DNA of 64,000 nt from contig JAGIQG010000030.1 in the NCBI GenBank assembly GCA_024679065.1, forward strand, positions 10,726,001-10,790,000, read 5' to 3'. Positions 51,756 to 63,822 of this stretch are shown here, one piece after another. Below the pieces are notes generated by a model. The model was given only the letters and a program-made list of their open reading frames with translations, did not search any database and had not been told where the DNA came from. The first letter of the stretch is position 1. Every line of letters begins with the position of its first letter. The stretch comes from Sphyrna mokarran. Taxonomy: Eukaryota. The position numbers were made by a program, and so were the translations under genes.

Positions 51756-53264
51756 ATAAATAGATAGCTCTCAGCAGATGAGAGAAAAAAAAATGAACAC
51801 AAAAATAAAACAAAATTAACTTTTTCTAACCAAGCAGATGTGCTAATTAGTTACATTTGATTATCCCTGGACCAGCAGCCAGTACTGTACCTTTGGGTCA
51901 CATTGAAAGCTCAGGGTGAATATAGGCTGTTACAGAGAATATGTGACTGTAGCATAGTAATTGCATCGTGTGCAAATGCTTAACATTTCTCATTGTGAGC
52001 AGCATTGTATATTTGCTTGTTGGCAACTGTGGGATTTGAACCGATGAACCAGAGCAGCAGAAAACTGAATCCAAATAATTAATCTTGGCCATACCACCAC
52101 TAACCAGTTGATTGTAAATGGGTTAACTTAAATACCAAAGTTTTTTATACCGAGTTGTGAAGATTTAGCCAATATCCCCATAGTGGAATTTCGCAAGTTA
52201 CAAGCTTTCAGTGTAAATTTCCCCAGCGTTATTTCTCTTAAATACAGAAAGACTTGCATTTGTATAGCACCATCACATTCCCAAAAAATGGCTCACAACC
52301 AATGAATTGGATATAAAATGCAGCCACTCAGTCAAGTTAGACACAGAAAGGTTCCACTCAAAATATAGTGGCGCGCGTCCAAGGAAGATTCAGAAGGACT
52401 CAGTGCTCTTTATTCCAATAGTGACACGGAATCGCTTATTTTCAATTGAACAGACAAAGAGGCATACGTTGACTTTGGAATTCCAATGACCCAAGAGAGG
52501 AAATGTTAAACATGGCGTGTAATTCTCCAAAACACTGGATATTCTCAATTCGTGCAGTTATTTACTGAAGACCAACGTTGCGCCTTTGAATGTGGTGTAA
52601 GATATTGGAAAAGTGCTCAGAGGTGGTAGCGGAAGAAAGAAATGGGGAAATATTAATTAATGTTCGACTAATAACTAATGTTCATTACTTTCCATTTCAA
52701 GCTGTTGGGGAATTGAAAAGCTGATCCCGCTTTAAGGTTTCGAATCAATGCAAAAATAAATAAACTCACGAACCGAGTGCATTATAAATCTGCTTTTCCA
52801 ATTCCCTTGTACCTTGATATGTTTTTTCTGCGATGGTGAATCGGGCTGCCCAGTTCAGAAAGCCCATTACCCCAGTCACACACCGAGGCTGAGGGCATGA
52901 GGAAGACGTGACTTCCTTTCTGGAATCTCTCCCTCCAAGAGAAACCTCTGAGGATGCCAGTTTGGCGTCACTCGCCTCCTTCGCTGATATCCGTCCACTG
53001 ATCCAATTGCTGTTAGTCTCTGAAGCATCCCCTCTCCCACCCCACCCCCTCCATTAACTGTGAATTATAAACCCACAATGACATTCAGCAACGTTTAAAA
53101 AATGGAAAATGGCAAAATATTCAGCACATTTGTCTAAGTCCAGGCTTTATAAGCTTAATTATATTTATGTTGTCTTTCCGTCATCAATCTATACCAGATA
53201 ATTATGATTTTACTTATTTATGAACGACTTATGTTTGTCAGTATCCATAAAACTGCATTTATCA

Positions 53265-53855
53265 TCATGTATATGTATTAGATATATCCGGTTTATATAC
53301 AGCATATCACTGTATGCAGTCTAGAGTGTATCAGTATATTCACATACAGTAGATAAAGTGCATATATACAGTATATTACTGTATATATACATAGAGCATA
53401 GAGTGTGTCAGTGTATTCACATAGTGTATGCAGTGTATATACAGTATAAATGTAATATATATAGTGTGTACAGTGTATATCTGCAGTATATGTATAGAGT
53501 ATACATGCAGGTATATGCTTACAGTATACACAGTATATCGCACTATAAACATACAGTATATACAGTTTTTCAGTGCATTATACACGTCATATACACTGTG
53601 CATATACATAATTTAGCGAATATACATGTAGTGTTTATGCATACAATATATACTGTATATCACACTATCTGTACAGTACAGACAATATACCAATGTATAT
53701 ATATATGTGTGGTAAATACAGTATATTACAGTGCATTCACTTGCAGTATATTCCGTATATCACTTAGTCATACAGAATATACAATATATCAATGCTTATA
53801 TATGCAGTATACATAGTATATCACAGTGTATATGCATGCAATATATTTCTGTATG
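53265..53855. repeat. Degenerate AT-rich low-complexity repeat (TATACAG/CAGTATA-like units)
   Basis: Repeated TATATACAG, CAGTATA and AGTGTAT; produces spurious Y/I/C-rich ORFs. Confidence 0.85.
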
Positions 53856-54931
53856 TTAAGAGTCAGATAACTAGTTATACACGAAAGAATGCTCCTCAAC
53901 TTCCTATGGACAAGTGAGACTTTTTCATAACCAAAAACCACCTATCGCATTAAAGCATTTCTCGGAACTCAAAATCTCTCCCTCAAAACTGAAGTTAGAA
54001 TTGGAAATGTTGAAAATGTATTTGTGGTAATTGTGTGTGGAACTATTTGCAGATTGGATTCCCATCTATTTAGACTTCATTCTGCGGGCCAATTCTCCTA
54101 TTTTTCACACTTGGGTTTGAGTAAATCTGCCAGGGCAGTTATTTATTCCTTTCCAGAAGCCTTTATCTGTTGGCTCCACATTAATCACTTTGCTACTTAA
54201 TGACTAGTCCAGCATATTTCGATGTTGTGAAAGTGAAGGGTTTTTTTAAAGCGGGGTAGCCTGCTCTGCTATGTGTCGCAAATTGGTTCCTTTAAGCACT
54301 GCTAACGAAATTGTTAACGCTTTTAGTTTTCTGTTGCTATGAAGATAAACACCTAACGGAGAAAACTTTCACGACCTTAGTGACCATATCACTCCACGGG
54401 GTAATGATGATCCCACAATAACCTGACACAGCTTATTCTCCTCATTGTATAACTCCAATCAAAGCCGCACGAAAATATCCTAGTTTTTTTTTCTCTTTTG
54501 GCCAGGCTAATTTTAACTCAACAATGATCTTATAATGTCTAACATACTAAATCTCAGTCTCCAGTGACAGCGAGAGGGAGCACAGGAAAGGGGGAGTGAG
54601 TGACAAGTCCATGTAGCAGTGAGTGTAGGCACCGTGAGTGGGAGAATCTATCCTGGGAGAATGTGGCAAAGACTTTGCAAAATGTTACTTTGATTGATGG
54701 CTAAGATCTGAAAATTCCAAATAATCCGCTCTCATCCCTGCCTTCGCCCAAAACTCGACTCGGAATCTCAACTCATTTCGCCCAGAATTAAAATAAAGAA
54801 ATTCCCAGGGGAGGTCGAGGAATGTTTGGGGTGTGAAAAAAAAGGAAAGTCCAATCCCGAAGATGCCCAGGAATCTCTCAACCCAACAGCACCAGAATAA
54901 ATCCAAATCGCCGAAACGGTTTAAGGCCGAC

Positions 54932-54937
54932 TTTATT
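54932..54937 (-). terminator. Candidate SKOR1 poly(A) signal AATAAA (distal)
   Basis: TTTATT on the + strand ~530 nt past the stop, followed on the - strand by a GT-rich tract. A proximal AATAAA is at 55370-55375. Confidence 0.5.
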
Positions 54938-55467
54938 TTATGAAGAAATCACTGAACAAATGGAATTCTTTACACATTGGATTACCCCTTAAAGTGCTCT
55001 TTGAATAACATCGATAATATACAAAGGTAATTCTGTTTTTTTTCTCCTTCAGATTTCGGGCTGCGAAAGGCAAATAAATAATAGATAACTAATAAATGAC
55101 AACCATTAAATACTGTACGAACGAAATCACATTACATAAAGATAAATTGCACATAACCACTTATTTCTTTTGAACAATATTTTTCTTAAATAAGTGGACA
55201 TTAAACAGGTAGGTCTGTAACAATGACCCTGAGGTCAATCTCTTCATATAGAAAATCTCGTGCTTCTTAGTCCTTGAATTTATATTCACAATCTCCATGG
55301 ACTGTTACAGGTGCACTGGCCTCGCCTGGCTCTCAGTGGCTTGGGTTCCCCCTCCCGGCTTTGCATCTTTTTATTAAAAACTTTCTTTTTCTCTTTCTCT
55401 CTTAAATTATTATTTACAGTACTAAGGATAAATTTATAGCGTCGCTCGTGTAAAACGGCTGGTTTTG

Positions 55468-55565
55468 TCACTGCGGGAGCAGAGGAGGTTTGAAGGAACA
55501 GTTCCCGGTGCAATGTCGAGGGGTCAGCATCTTACAGGAGAAATGATGGAGGGCGTCGTGTGCTT
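55468..55565 (-). CDS. skor1: SKOR1 last coding exon (EAHDALHHFSCKMLTPRHCTGNCSFKPPLLPQ*)
   Basis: Acceptor TCTCTCTGCACCAG; TGA at 55468-55470; conserved SKOR1 C-terminus. Confidence 0.96.
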
Positions 55566-56251
55566 CTGGTGCAGAGAGACGGGAATGTAACACACAGATG
55601 ATTAGAAAATGGCGACCTGTATCTCTAACTCCCTTTTCCAACAGCATGCGTGGACTTCCATCAATATTACTCCCAACTTTGTTAAATCACCTCTTTTGCA
55701 TAAACAAATCATAGAGCATTACAGAACAGGAGGCCACTCGGCCCGTCAGTGCTGGTGTTGCCTCTTTGAAAGTAAGATCTAATTAGCCTCCCTCTTTTGC
55801 CAGACTCCCACTTCTTTGCAGGTATTTATTCCTTCTTCGAGTAATTATTGAATCTGCTTCCACCGCCCTTCCAGCGCATTCGAGATCACGACAACTCTTC
55901 TTTTTAATTCTCCAAATTTCCCCTAATAAATATGATTTCATTCTATCTCCCTTTTACTTTCAATGTCTTTTCCACCTAAAACTGATCAGATCTTTGCCCT
56001 CCACTCAGTATTTTAACTCATTTCACCGTATTCACGTTTCCTGTAACTTTTTTTTATTCCCATCTGCCTCCTTATGTTACCTATTCTTCCTTTAATATCA
56101 TTTATTCCTCTATTCTTTCTTGGAGCTCCTCATTCATTCGTCCACCTGAGTCCCTTTTCCTTCAGACTAGGGATTGTGCTCTTGCCTATTGTCATCCCTC
56201 TGTGTGTCTATAAGGACCATGTCATTCAGAATATTGGGATGAAGTCATTAC

Positions 56252-56317
56252 CTTTCAGCTTTTGTTGAATCGCGTAGCGTGCTTTCCTCTCTTGATCTAG
56301 TTCATTGCAGAGTGTAT
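56252..56317 (-). CDS. skor1: SKOR1 coding exon 7 (DTLCNELDQERKARYAIQQKLK)
   Basis: Acceptor GGTTTTGACAG, donor AAG|GTAATG; 66 nt. Confidence 0.96.
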
Positions 56318-56951
56318 CTGTCAAAACCAAATGAGTCCATCACTGAGAAAAGCAGCAGAGACGCTTGAACTTCAGCAAGTCTCAACAAAACAACCCCAGC
56401 CTCCCTCTGCTCCCCCTCACCCAACCCGTCCTCACCCCCACCACCACATCCGCTGCCTGCCACTCGCTCGCCAAAATTCTCTCATTCAGCAGCTCACAGA
56501 ACTCTGACGAGTTCTAGACGGTCAGATAAAAATCACACACACAAAAATCAGCCACACAGCCAAAATGTTCAGTGCCCACGGAGGTGAAATGTGCTGGAAG
56601 GCAAGTTGAAAACCAGTTGAAAATTAAACCAAAGTTAAGCACTACTTCACAGGTAATTTTACGCCTCGATTTTTAATTTAGACAGCATGAAAATTGCAGT
56701 GAGAGAAAAAATTCAATCATTTATTTGTAATGATGCCTTCCAGCCGTTTGTACACAGGATCCAGAATGCGAAGGCTAATCAGTCTGCACTGAAAAGGTAA
56801 AGGCGCGTTTCGCGGCAGCACGGGAAAAGGTCAGTGCTATTACAACTGGAATTATTGAAAAATAATTTAACTATAAAAGGCGCTGGATGAAATGCTTACT
56901 GGAGAACGTTCAGATCATTCCTATAAACACCGACACGTGATTGCGTTTTAC

Positions 56952-57026
56952 CTCTAACGATTTGGAGTTGTTGAACCATTTCCTCTCTGTAGGCCAATTC
57001 CCTCTTCATTTGATCCTGAAAACTAT
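56952..57026 (-). CDS. skor1: SKOR1 coding exon 6 (DSFQDQMKRELAYREEMVQQLQIVR)
   Basis: Acceptor CTTTCCTACAG, donor GAG|GTAAAA; 75 nt. Confidence 0.96.
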
Positions 57027-57489
57027 CTGTAGGAAAGTAGGGCAGATTTCAAGTGAATATTTATTGACACACTTTTTTGTTCCATCTATTTCAGAAAAGA
57101 TCCTCCTCGCACTGTCTATTGGGTTTAATCCCAATTAATGAATATTTTTTTTTCTCTCTCTCATGTAGTTGAAATTCTCACCAATTCCCTTCTCTTGCCT
57201 CACCTGCATCCTGCCCTATTTTGCTCTCTGTATAAACTTAATAGGGTGACATTCTGAAAGGTGAAGGAACGGGTTTAATCTATGTTTGTAGCCCAGCTGT
57301 GTTCAGATTTATTTCCCCGTAAGATGGTTATTAAATATATTAGAATCCAGGACCAGAAATATGCTCACAAATGAAAATCACAACAGATTGATCGGTGGGA
57401 GCGGTATTTGCGTCTGCTCAACTGAAGCAGTTTCCGTTCACGTGTTGTCCCGTGTTAATCCCCCCCACAACAGCTCCGGTATGACATAC

Positions 57490-57564
57490 CTTTTAAACTC
57501 TGAAATTCCCGTTCTAACTTCTTCCTAAGTTCCATCTGTTCCAAAAGCAGTTTTTGTAATTCTT
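57490..57564 (-). CDS. skor1: SKOR1 coding exon 5, coiled coil (EELQKLLLEQMELRKKLEREFQSLK)
   Basis: Acceptor ATTTCAG, donor AAG|GTATGT; 75 nt. Essentially identical to vertebrate SKOR1. Confidence 0.96.
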
Positions 57565-58619
57565 CTGAAATATGAATACAGAGAGTTGAGGGGTCTTAAC
57601 TCACTTCCTGCTTTGTACATAAACCTTCTGTGAGGATGGTGTCAGGAGCCATTAAAAAGGAGAGACATTTCCCAATCTGGTCGAGAAATTCAGTAAGTTA
57701 TATGTGTGTGAGTGGTGTGAGGGACGTGTGCTCCAACCATATGGCTGGCAGTTTTACTTCTGAACATTAAAATGTCACTTCAACTGAACATGCATGTTAA
57801 AACTGTCTTTTCGAATCCATTCGGCCACACTACAGGCTGCTGTTCTTGTTAACCAGCTTACTCATTAACCAGCACGGTTTTCCCGCGATTGCCACATATA
57901 CTGATAATGTTATTCACTGTAAATGCCCTTCACTTTAATTCAAACTTTGCCAAGTTACAGTAGAGATAACAGCCCTTCGTCCATTCAGGATATGCACAGT
58001 CCTATTAATAATGCTTTAATTAAACTTCAGCCTGCTTGAGACTCTACCAGATGCAAGCACCACTAGCTCCAGAGGAATTTAAACTGAAATAGTGGCTGCA
58101 GCGATTTACAAAACTCAACCTGGATTTCTTACATATTAATTCACAGGAGACTGGGTTATGTCCGTATAAGATTCAGATTTAAAATAAAAAAAACCCTTCC
58201 TGCTTTCCGAATTGTAATTGGGAAATCAATTGGCAGCAAAAGAAAAGACACAAAAGGTTGGGAGACGAGTCAGAGACACTCATTAATTCGAAGCTTCATG
58301 ACAAACAAAATGTCTTGTGAAACTAATATTTGTGCAGGTATCATTAAAACCTTTGAAGGTCTTAATTAATCCCCTTAAAGTTAGTCTTTAAACTTCAGCC
58401 CCAATGTTAGATGCAGAGACATTCGAATAGTTCAACAGTAAAAGGTGACAAATGATTAAAAGGAGTGACAAAATCATTCTTTTTTAATCCTGATTCTCAG
58501 TTATTTACATGTTGCTGCAGCGGAGGTTAACATATCCTTCTTCCCGAATGAAAGGTGAGGCTGATGGAATTGTTCATAATCAAGAATGTAATTTAGCGAT
58601 AGGAAGTCAAAATTCACAC

Positions 58620-58691
58620 CTTTCCCCATATTTTCAATATCTTTTTCCACCAATTGTGTTCTCGGGGTCTCCAGTCTAATCGTCTCTTCGC
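58620..58691 (-). CDS. skor1: SKOR1 coding exon 4 (GEETIRLETPRTQLVEKDIENMGK)
   Basis: Acceptor TTTGTGTCCCAG, donor AAG|GTGTGA; 72 nt. LVEKDIEN motif conserved. Confidence 0.92.
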
Positions 58692-59275
58692 CTGGGACAC
58701 AAACACAAAATTAAACAATGTCAGTGTTAGGAAGCGAGGATAAATATTTGTTTTTTCAAACTTGTTTCGACATTTTTTATTCCAACTTGACATAAAAACA
58801 TCGACATTTGTGGGGGTGGGATTTTTTTAAAAAATCGAGGCTGCTTGTATACCTTAAGACGACAGATTGAGGGGGTGGGGAGGAGAATCTGAGTCAGGCA
58901 GTTCCCCTGAACAAGCAGATTTGTCTGGGAAACACCTCTGGAGAGCTCGGGAAACGAGAGCCATCCAAACACAAGAAAACAACAATATTTAAATACTGCC
59001 AAAAACAGTGTATAAAGGGCCAACATGTGGGAGCTTACACTGAAGGTGTCTGCCATGTAAAACATGGCTGATGAGTTCACTGCTTTCGTTCAATGTGCAT
59101 TGTTTGGCCTGTTCCACAGTAATTGTGACACGATAGCTATCTCTACATTTTAACATACAATAGCCCAAAGCAAACTTTCGTCACATTGGGAATATCCAAT
59201 TTGCTTTGACTCCAGATAACCTTTCCACACTGATCCCAGTCCTGTAAAAGGTGGCCACGTACAGAAAGCGCTTAC

Positions 59276-59383
59276 CTCTCTCAGTGTTCGCGGAGGTGTC
59301 CTGACTGACTGCGCCCTGCTCCTGGTATGACTTCCTGGGCTCGGGGGCCTCCGCCGTGAGTTGATTGTCTTCCTTGTCGTGTT
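59276..59383 (-). CDS. skor1: SKOR1 coding exon 3 (EHDKEDNQLTAEAPEPRKSYQEQGAVSQDTSANTER)
   Basis: Acceptor TGCCTTTCAAG, donor AG|GTAAGC; 108 nt, phase 1 to 1. Matches mammalian EPDKEDN...RKSY...PANTDR. Confidence 0.9.
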
Positions 59384-59891
59384 CTTGAAAGGCAACAGGC
59401 CAATTTTCAGTGGAAGAAAGGGACCTCTGACTCTAGTTGCCAGACTCACAGCCCAGAGAATCGGCCTCTGTAATTGCTGGGAGTTAGGAAAGAACCTTCC
59501 TCGCCCAATTTCACGCAGTGAAGACACTGCCAGCCTAGTGCTGTAGCAGAACGGATTCCTTGCCACCGATAGAATTGGCCCTTTACCCCCATGTTATTCA
59601 ATTTTTCATTAAAGATTTAAAATGTGAATAGTTGCATTAGGATACTGGAAAATTAATACCCATAGATCATTACAGAGCGGAGGGAAACTATTCGGCCCAC
59701 AGTGTCTGTACTGGCTCTTTGATAGAGTTATGTAATTAGTCCCGATCCCGTGCTCTCTCCCATAACACTGCAATTATCTATCCAATTCCCCATTGAAAGT
59801 ACAGTTCAAACTATTCCCATCACCCTTCCAGCAAACACACAACTATCAAACTTAGAGAATTTGCTCAACAAATAATTGCCCTCGAACCGAT

Positions 59892-60005
59892 TGTGCATTG
59901 ACCAGTGTTACCCGAACAGGCGCCGGAGTGTGGCAACTAGCGGATTTTCACAGTAACTTCATTGCAATATTAATGTAAGCCTACTTGTGGCACTAATAAA
60001 TAAAC
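59892..60005 (+). mobile_element. 5'-truncated tail-B SINE fragment in a SKOR1 intron
   Basis: ACCCGAACAGGCGCCGGAGTGTGGCAACTAG..TTTTCACAGTAACTTC...ACTAATAAATAAAC. Confidence 0.85.
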
Positions 60006-60159
60006 GTGCAACTTATGTTAGCATTCATTTCATTCTTGCCGCTTTTCACGCGTTTATAGATGGCAATAACGTGTAATTAAAGTTCAGGAAAGTTTCGCTC
60101 TTTTGTGGAGACTGGAACAGTAAGTGAAATGAAGCGGGTTGGGGCGGGGGGTTGGTTAC

Positions 60160-60256
60160 CAGCTGTGTCTGTGTTGCAGATGTAAGTTGGTGCAGGAACC
60201 GCCGTGGAAGGGTTTTTCACACTGTGCAGGTGACTGTCCCGTTCATGTGTAAACAC
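60160..60256 (-). CDS. skor1: SKOR1 coding exon 2 (VFTHERDSHLHSVKNPSTAVPAPTYICNTDTA)
   Basis: Acceptor TTTCTCTGTTTGGCAG, donor G|GTAACC; 97 nt, phase 0 to 1. Resembles mammalian VYTPERDEH...YVCTPEA. Confidence 0.88.
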
Positions 60257-60821
60257 CTGCCAAACAGAGAAAGAAATAATGTAAGAAGCGACAGGACCAT
60301 GTCTTAAACACCCTAATGCCCACCTGAGCCGCCAGTATAAAAGGAGATATTCGGGATCTGTTTTTATGTGTGTGGCTCTTTTGAATGGGGGCCCCTCCTC
60401 CACAATGTCCCCGGGACTTGTGGAATCCCCGACCCCTCTGGCTGATATTAATCTCTATTCGTGTGCGTTAGTTTCAATAAATGCAATTATGGACACTTGA
60501 AAACAAATGAAACGCAGCCGAACACAAGAAGCGTTTCCAATCTCACTCACAATCCCCGCGACTGCAGCTGGAGAAACAGATCATTTGCTAAATAGATCTT
60601 ATTTCAATCTGGCTGCATGCTAATATTCAGGTGTGTGAGACCACGCCAAGATTATATTTCGGTATTTGTTGTTTAAAAATGCTCAGTATTCCAAACATAT
60701 AGTTTTATTTAACCCTCTTTCAGCAAATTGTCTACTGTTCCCTACTAAACAGAGTGATGACAACATCTCCGCCAGGCTTTTAATAAACCCGAGAATGAAT
60801 GTTTTAAACAATAAAAGTTAC

Positions 60822-62558
60822 CTCCAGTTCTTTCTCTTCCTCAATGTGTTCTCCTGGTCTCACTTCCTCTGACCCCTGCTCTCTGTAAGGTGTTCCCAGG
60901 CTCTGTTTGTTGGGGATTTCTGCTGTGGGTTCAGGATTAGCCACAGTTTCTTGGGGCAACGGGTTCTCTGTCTCTGGGACATTTTCTACCAGCGGTGGGG
61001 AAGATTCGTCCTCCGGACATCTGTTGGACTCCACGTCCACCTCCGGCTCCTCGCCATCACTGTCCACGTCGGGAGACACTGACCTGTAACTCGAGCTTTC
61101 GCTCATAAAGTCGGGGGATAGGTAGCCGGGCCTTGCGCTGTTGTACACCTCCCTGTTACCATAGAGCTTGGCGATGCTCTCCGCGTCTTTGACCACCGGC
61201 CTGAAGGCCGAGATATAGTTGAGTTTTCGGGGCGTGAGGGACATCCCTTCGATAGAGCGGCTCTCATCCCCTGATCTGTCCTCCTCGTTGCGAGAGTGAG
61301 TGCTGGAACATCTCTCGCTGTCCACCAAACTGTCCTTGGGAGTGTTACTGCTCCGGTCACTCTGCTCCGACACGTCGATGTCATTTTGCCTGGCACTGGG
61401 GTTCTCGGTGACCTTCGCCTGTGCCTGGGGGTAGGGGGGCACGGGCAAGGTACCAGCCGCCGGCCAGAACATTGGGAAGGATGGGTAGACGGTGTCTTTG
61501 CTGCCCGACCAGAACATACTGGGCAAAGCTCCCTGAGCCTTGTCCCCCACCACGTTACTTTCGTCCTTCTTCTGACAAAGTCCGAAGGTGGGGAATCCGT
61601 AGGGGTGCGGGAACATGGGGGGAGGGATCTTCTGCAGCATCCCGAAGCTCTTGCTGGGCACCGGGATTACCGGGTAACTCCTCACGTTGTTGCCCAGACT
61701 CAAGCCGCGTCCGTCCTCCTCGCACCGCATGGTTTTGTGGGCGATCTCGGTGCTCCTGGGGGGCATGGAGCTGGGACCCTGAGCTTTGAGGGTTGACGAC
61801 CCCCCGCTCCCCTGGCTGGGGAGGGTCCTCTTGCGGCTGCCTCCATTGAACATCGCCTTGACATCTTCCCAGGCGTGAGCTAAATAGTCAGACGGACTTT
61901 TGTCAGAAAGTTTGAGGTGTCTCCGCCAGGAGTTGAAGTTTGCAGCGTCTGGTTGGGTGTACTTAGTGTCCGGGACTCTGTGAGAATGGAAGATGAATTT
62001 ATTTGGAGAAAAGTACATGTTACAATAGCTGCATTTGATGCACTTGGCCCGAGAGCTGTTATACCTGGCTGGGATGAAGTTCCCGCGACAGCCCCAGGCA
62101 CACTCGTGGGAGACATCGAAGGCAAAGTTCTCGGGTAGTTTGGGAGGCGTGTGCTCGCCCAAGAAAGACTTGCAGAGCCTCTCCGCCTCCCTCTTGGTGA
62201 TCATGCCGCATCTCCTGGAGGAGATGGGCATCGCCCCGGCCCTGCGTAAGATCTCCAGCTGAACCGGGGTGCACTGGACACAAGTGATGCCGAGGGCTAC
62301 CCTCCTGTTGTGGATCTCGTTGTAGCTGTAATTTTTCAGCAGGGTGTTGGAGATCTGGGCCAGACACAGCCTCTCCTGACCGTCAATCACCAGGGAGACA
62401 ATAGGCAGGCCGTACAGAACAGCTTCCCCGATGGTGTTGGTTTTCAGGTTACTGGAGCCGGGATGTTCTCGCTGGCTGTAAGGCTGGAGTTCTTGCTTCG
62501 AACTGGGAGAACTGGAAGCGTCATTCACAACTCCTAGCTGACTAGAAATCTTCTCCAT
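60822..62558 (-). CDS. skor1: SKOR1 first coding exon (SKI/SNO/DAC domain and SAND-like SMAD-binding domain), 579 codons
   Basis: ORF 60804..62558 contains LYGLPIVSLVIDGQERLCLAQISNTLLKNYSYNEIHNRRVALGITCVQCTPVQLEILRRAGAMPISSRRCGMITKREAERLCKSF. SSSPSSKQELQPYS, KNYSYNE and GEHxPPKLPENF match SKOR1 rather than SKOR2 as I recall them. Acceptor TTTTCTTCACAG lies 10 nt upstream of the ATG. Phase-0 donor GAG|GTAACT at 60822; alternative donor GAA|GTGAGA at 60864. Confidence 0.97.
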
Positions 62559-63822
62559 TCCGCAGTTTCTGTGAAGAAAACAGAAATACGATGCGCCAAG
62601 AATTCCAGATAAAAAATGTCTTTTTTAAGAAAAGAGGGCAGAGAATTTGGAAAGCAAGGGCAAAACGCGCATCATCTGAAGAACAAAAGCTCCTTTTAAC
62701 GCATTAACTGCGCAAACAATTTAGGAGCAATAATTAAAATAATTCATCATCCTCTGGGGTAATTGAGAAAAATATTTCCGATCTAAATAACGGAATTCTC
62801 ATTTATAAATATTTAGGGCCGTCTCCGTATCAATACCTAATTATTTTAGGCAAAATTCTGATCAGGATTTTTTAAAAAAGAAAATGCAATTTATTCCAAT
62901 TCATTCGACGAAATTCTCTCCAAACTTAGGACGTTTTAATTACAGGAAATTTTTTTTGGGGGGGGGGGGTTGTAGGTTATGGAGGATTTTCGACTGATTT
63001 ACTCGGGCACAAGTTCCCTTTAATAGTAGAAACCAGCGGTGTGCCTGCCTTTGAGATAATATTCAAACACTTTACCCACTTATTAATACCAGCGGCACAC
63101 GGGTTATAATATCTCATTAGATTAAAAAGACTTCACACGTACAATAACGAATCGTTCACCAAAGCAAACACAACCGCAGCTGTTAGCTCAGTTTCTGCTC
63201 AATGCCTACCTGATCTGTGTCACTTCAGGATTCGAGAAGGTTCCTGTTCAGATTTATTCTACAATGCAGATAAAAAGAAATCGTATTTTTTTAGCAGCGG
63301 AGGCAATCGCAATCTTTAAACCCAGAATCCCTTTTTTTTAAAAAAAATACACGCTCTTTAAATAAACTTAGTTTAGTCCCGCCGAGCTGTAATCCTTACG
63401 AGGAATCATCCCGCTAAATGTATTTAATCCAAAAACAGAGAGAGAGAGAGAGACAGGATGAGCGACTGGGTTTAAGTACTCCAGCGATTTTACAATAACC
63501 ATTGATACGGTCAATTAGTATTTACATCACATCACTAGCCCGGATCAGATAAGTGAATGGGCTTAAATCAGAAGTACTTCCTACAATATAGATCACCACT
63601 GACAACCATTCTTGACTTAAGACTTTTTTTTGGAAAAATACGCGGGGAGATGACTAACAATCCTCAGCACTGCCCAAGAGCCGGAAAGGGGATAGGCTAA
63701 AAGATAACTTTAAACCCGAATCGGTAAAACGGGCTCGTTTAACCGATCGCTACATTGAAGTGTAATTATACAGAGTGCACCTCCATAAGATAGCAAAGGC
63801 CCGTCATCAAAAGTGTGCATTC

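Noticed and set aside
517-51802. Many 60-125 aa ORFs with VAQWLALLPHS / SAWVSSG / EAAVLTTVP
   Set aside because: They are translations of the non-coding SINE in different frames, not a gene family.
1-52000. PIAS1 or other host-gene exons expected downstream of SKOR1 from human synteny
   Set aside because: I found no recognisable PIAS1 coding exon (e.g. MADSAELK) or other host exon; the ORFs I could assign are TE-derived.
53358-53816. 152-aa Tyr/Ile/Cys-rich ORF and overlapping ORFs
   Set aside because: Artefact of the AT-rich low-complexity repeat.
56498-56515. Hairpin AGAACTC-TGAC-GAGTTCT containing CTGACGA in a SKOR1 intron
   Set aside because: No downstream GAAA core or stems for a hammerhead; a 7-bp stem is expected by chance.
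60907-62537. Several antisense and alternate-frame ORFs overlapping the SKOR1 exon
   Set aside because: Shadow ORFs of GC-rich coding sequence with no independent support.
60822-62558. Assignment as SKOR2
   Set aside because: The N-terminus (SKQELQPYS) and C-terminus (TPRHCTGNCSFKPPLLP) fit SKOR1.
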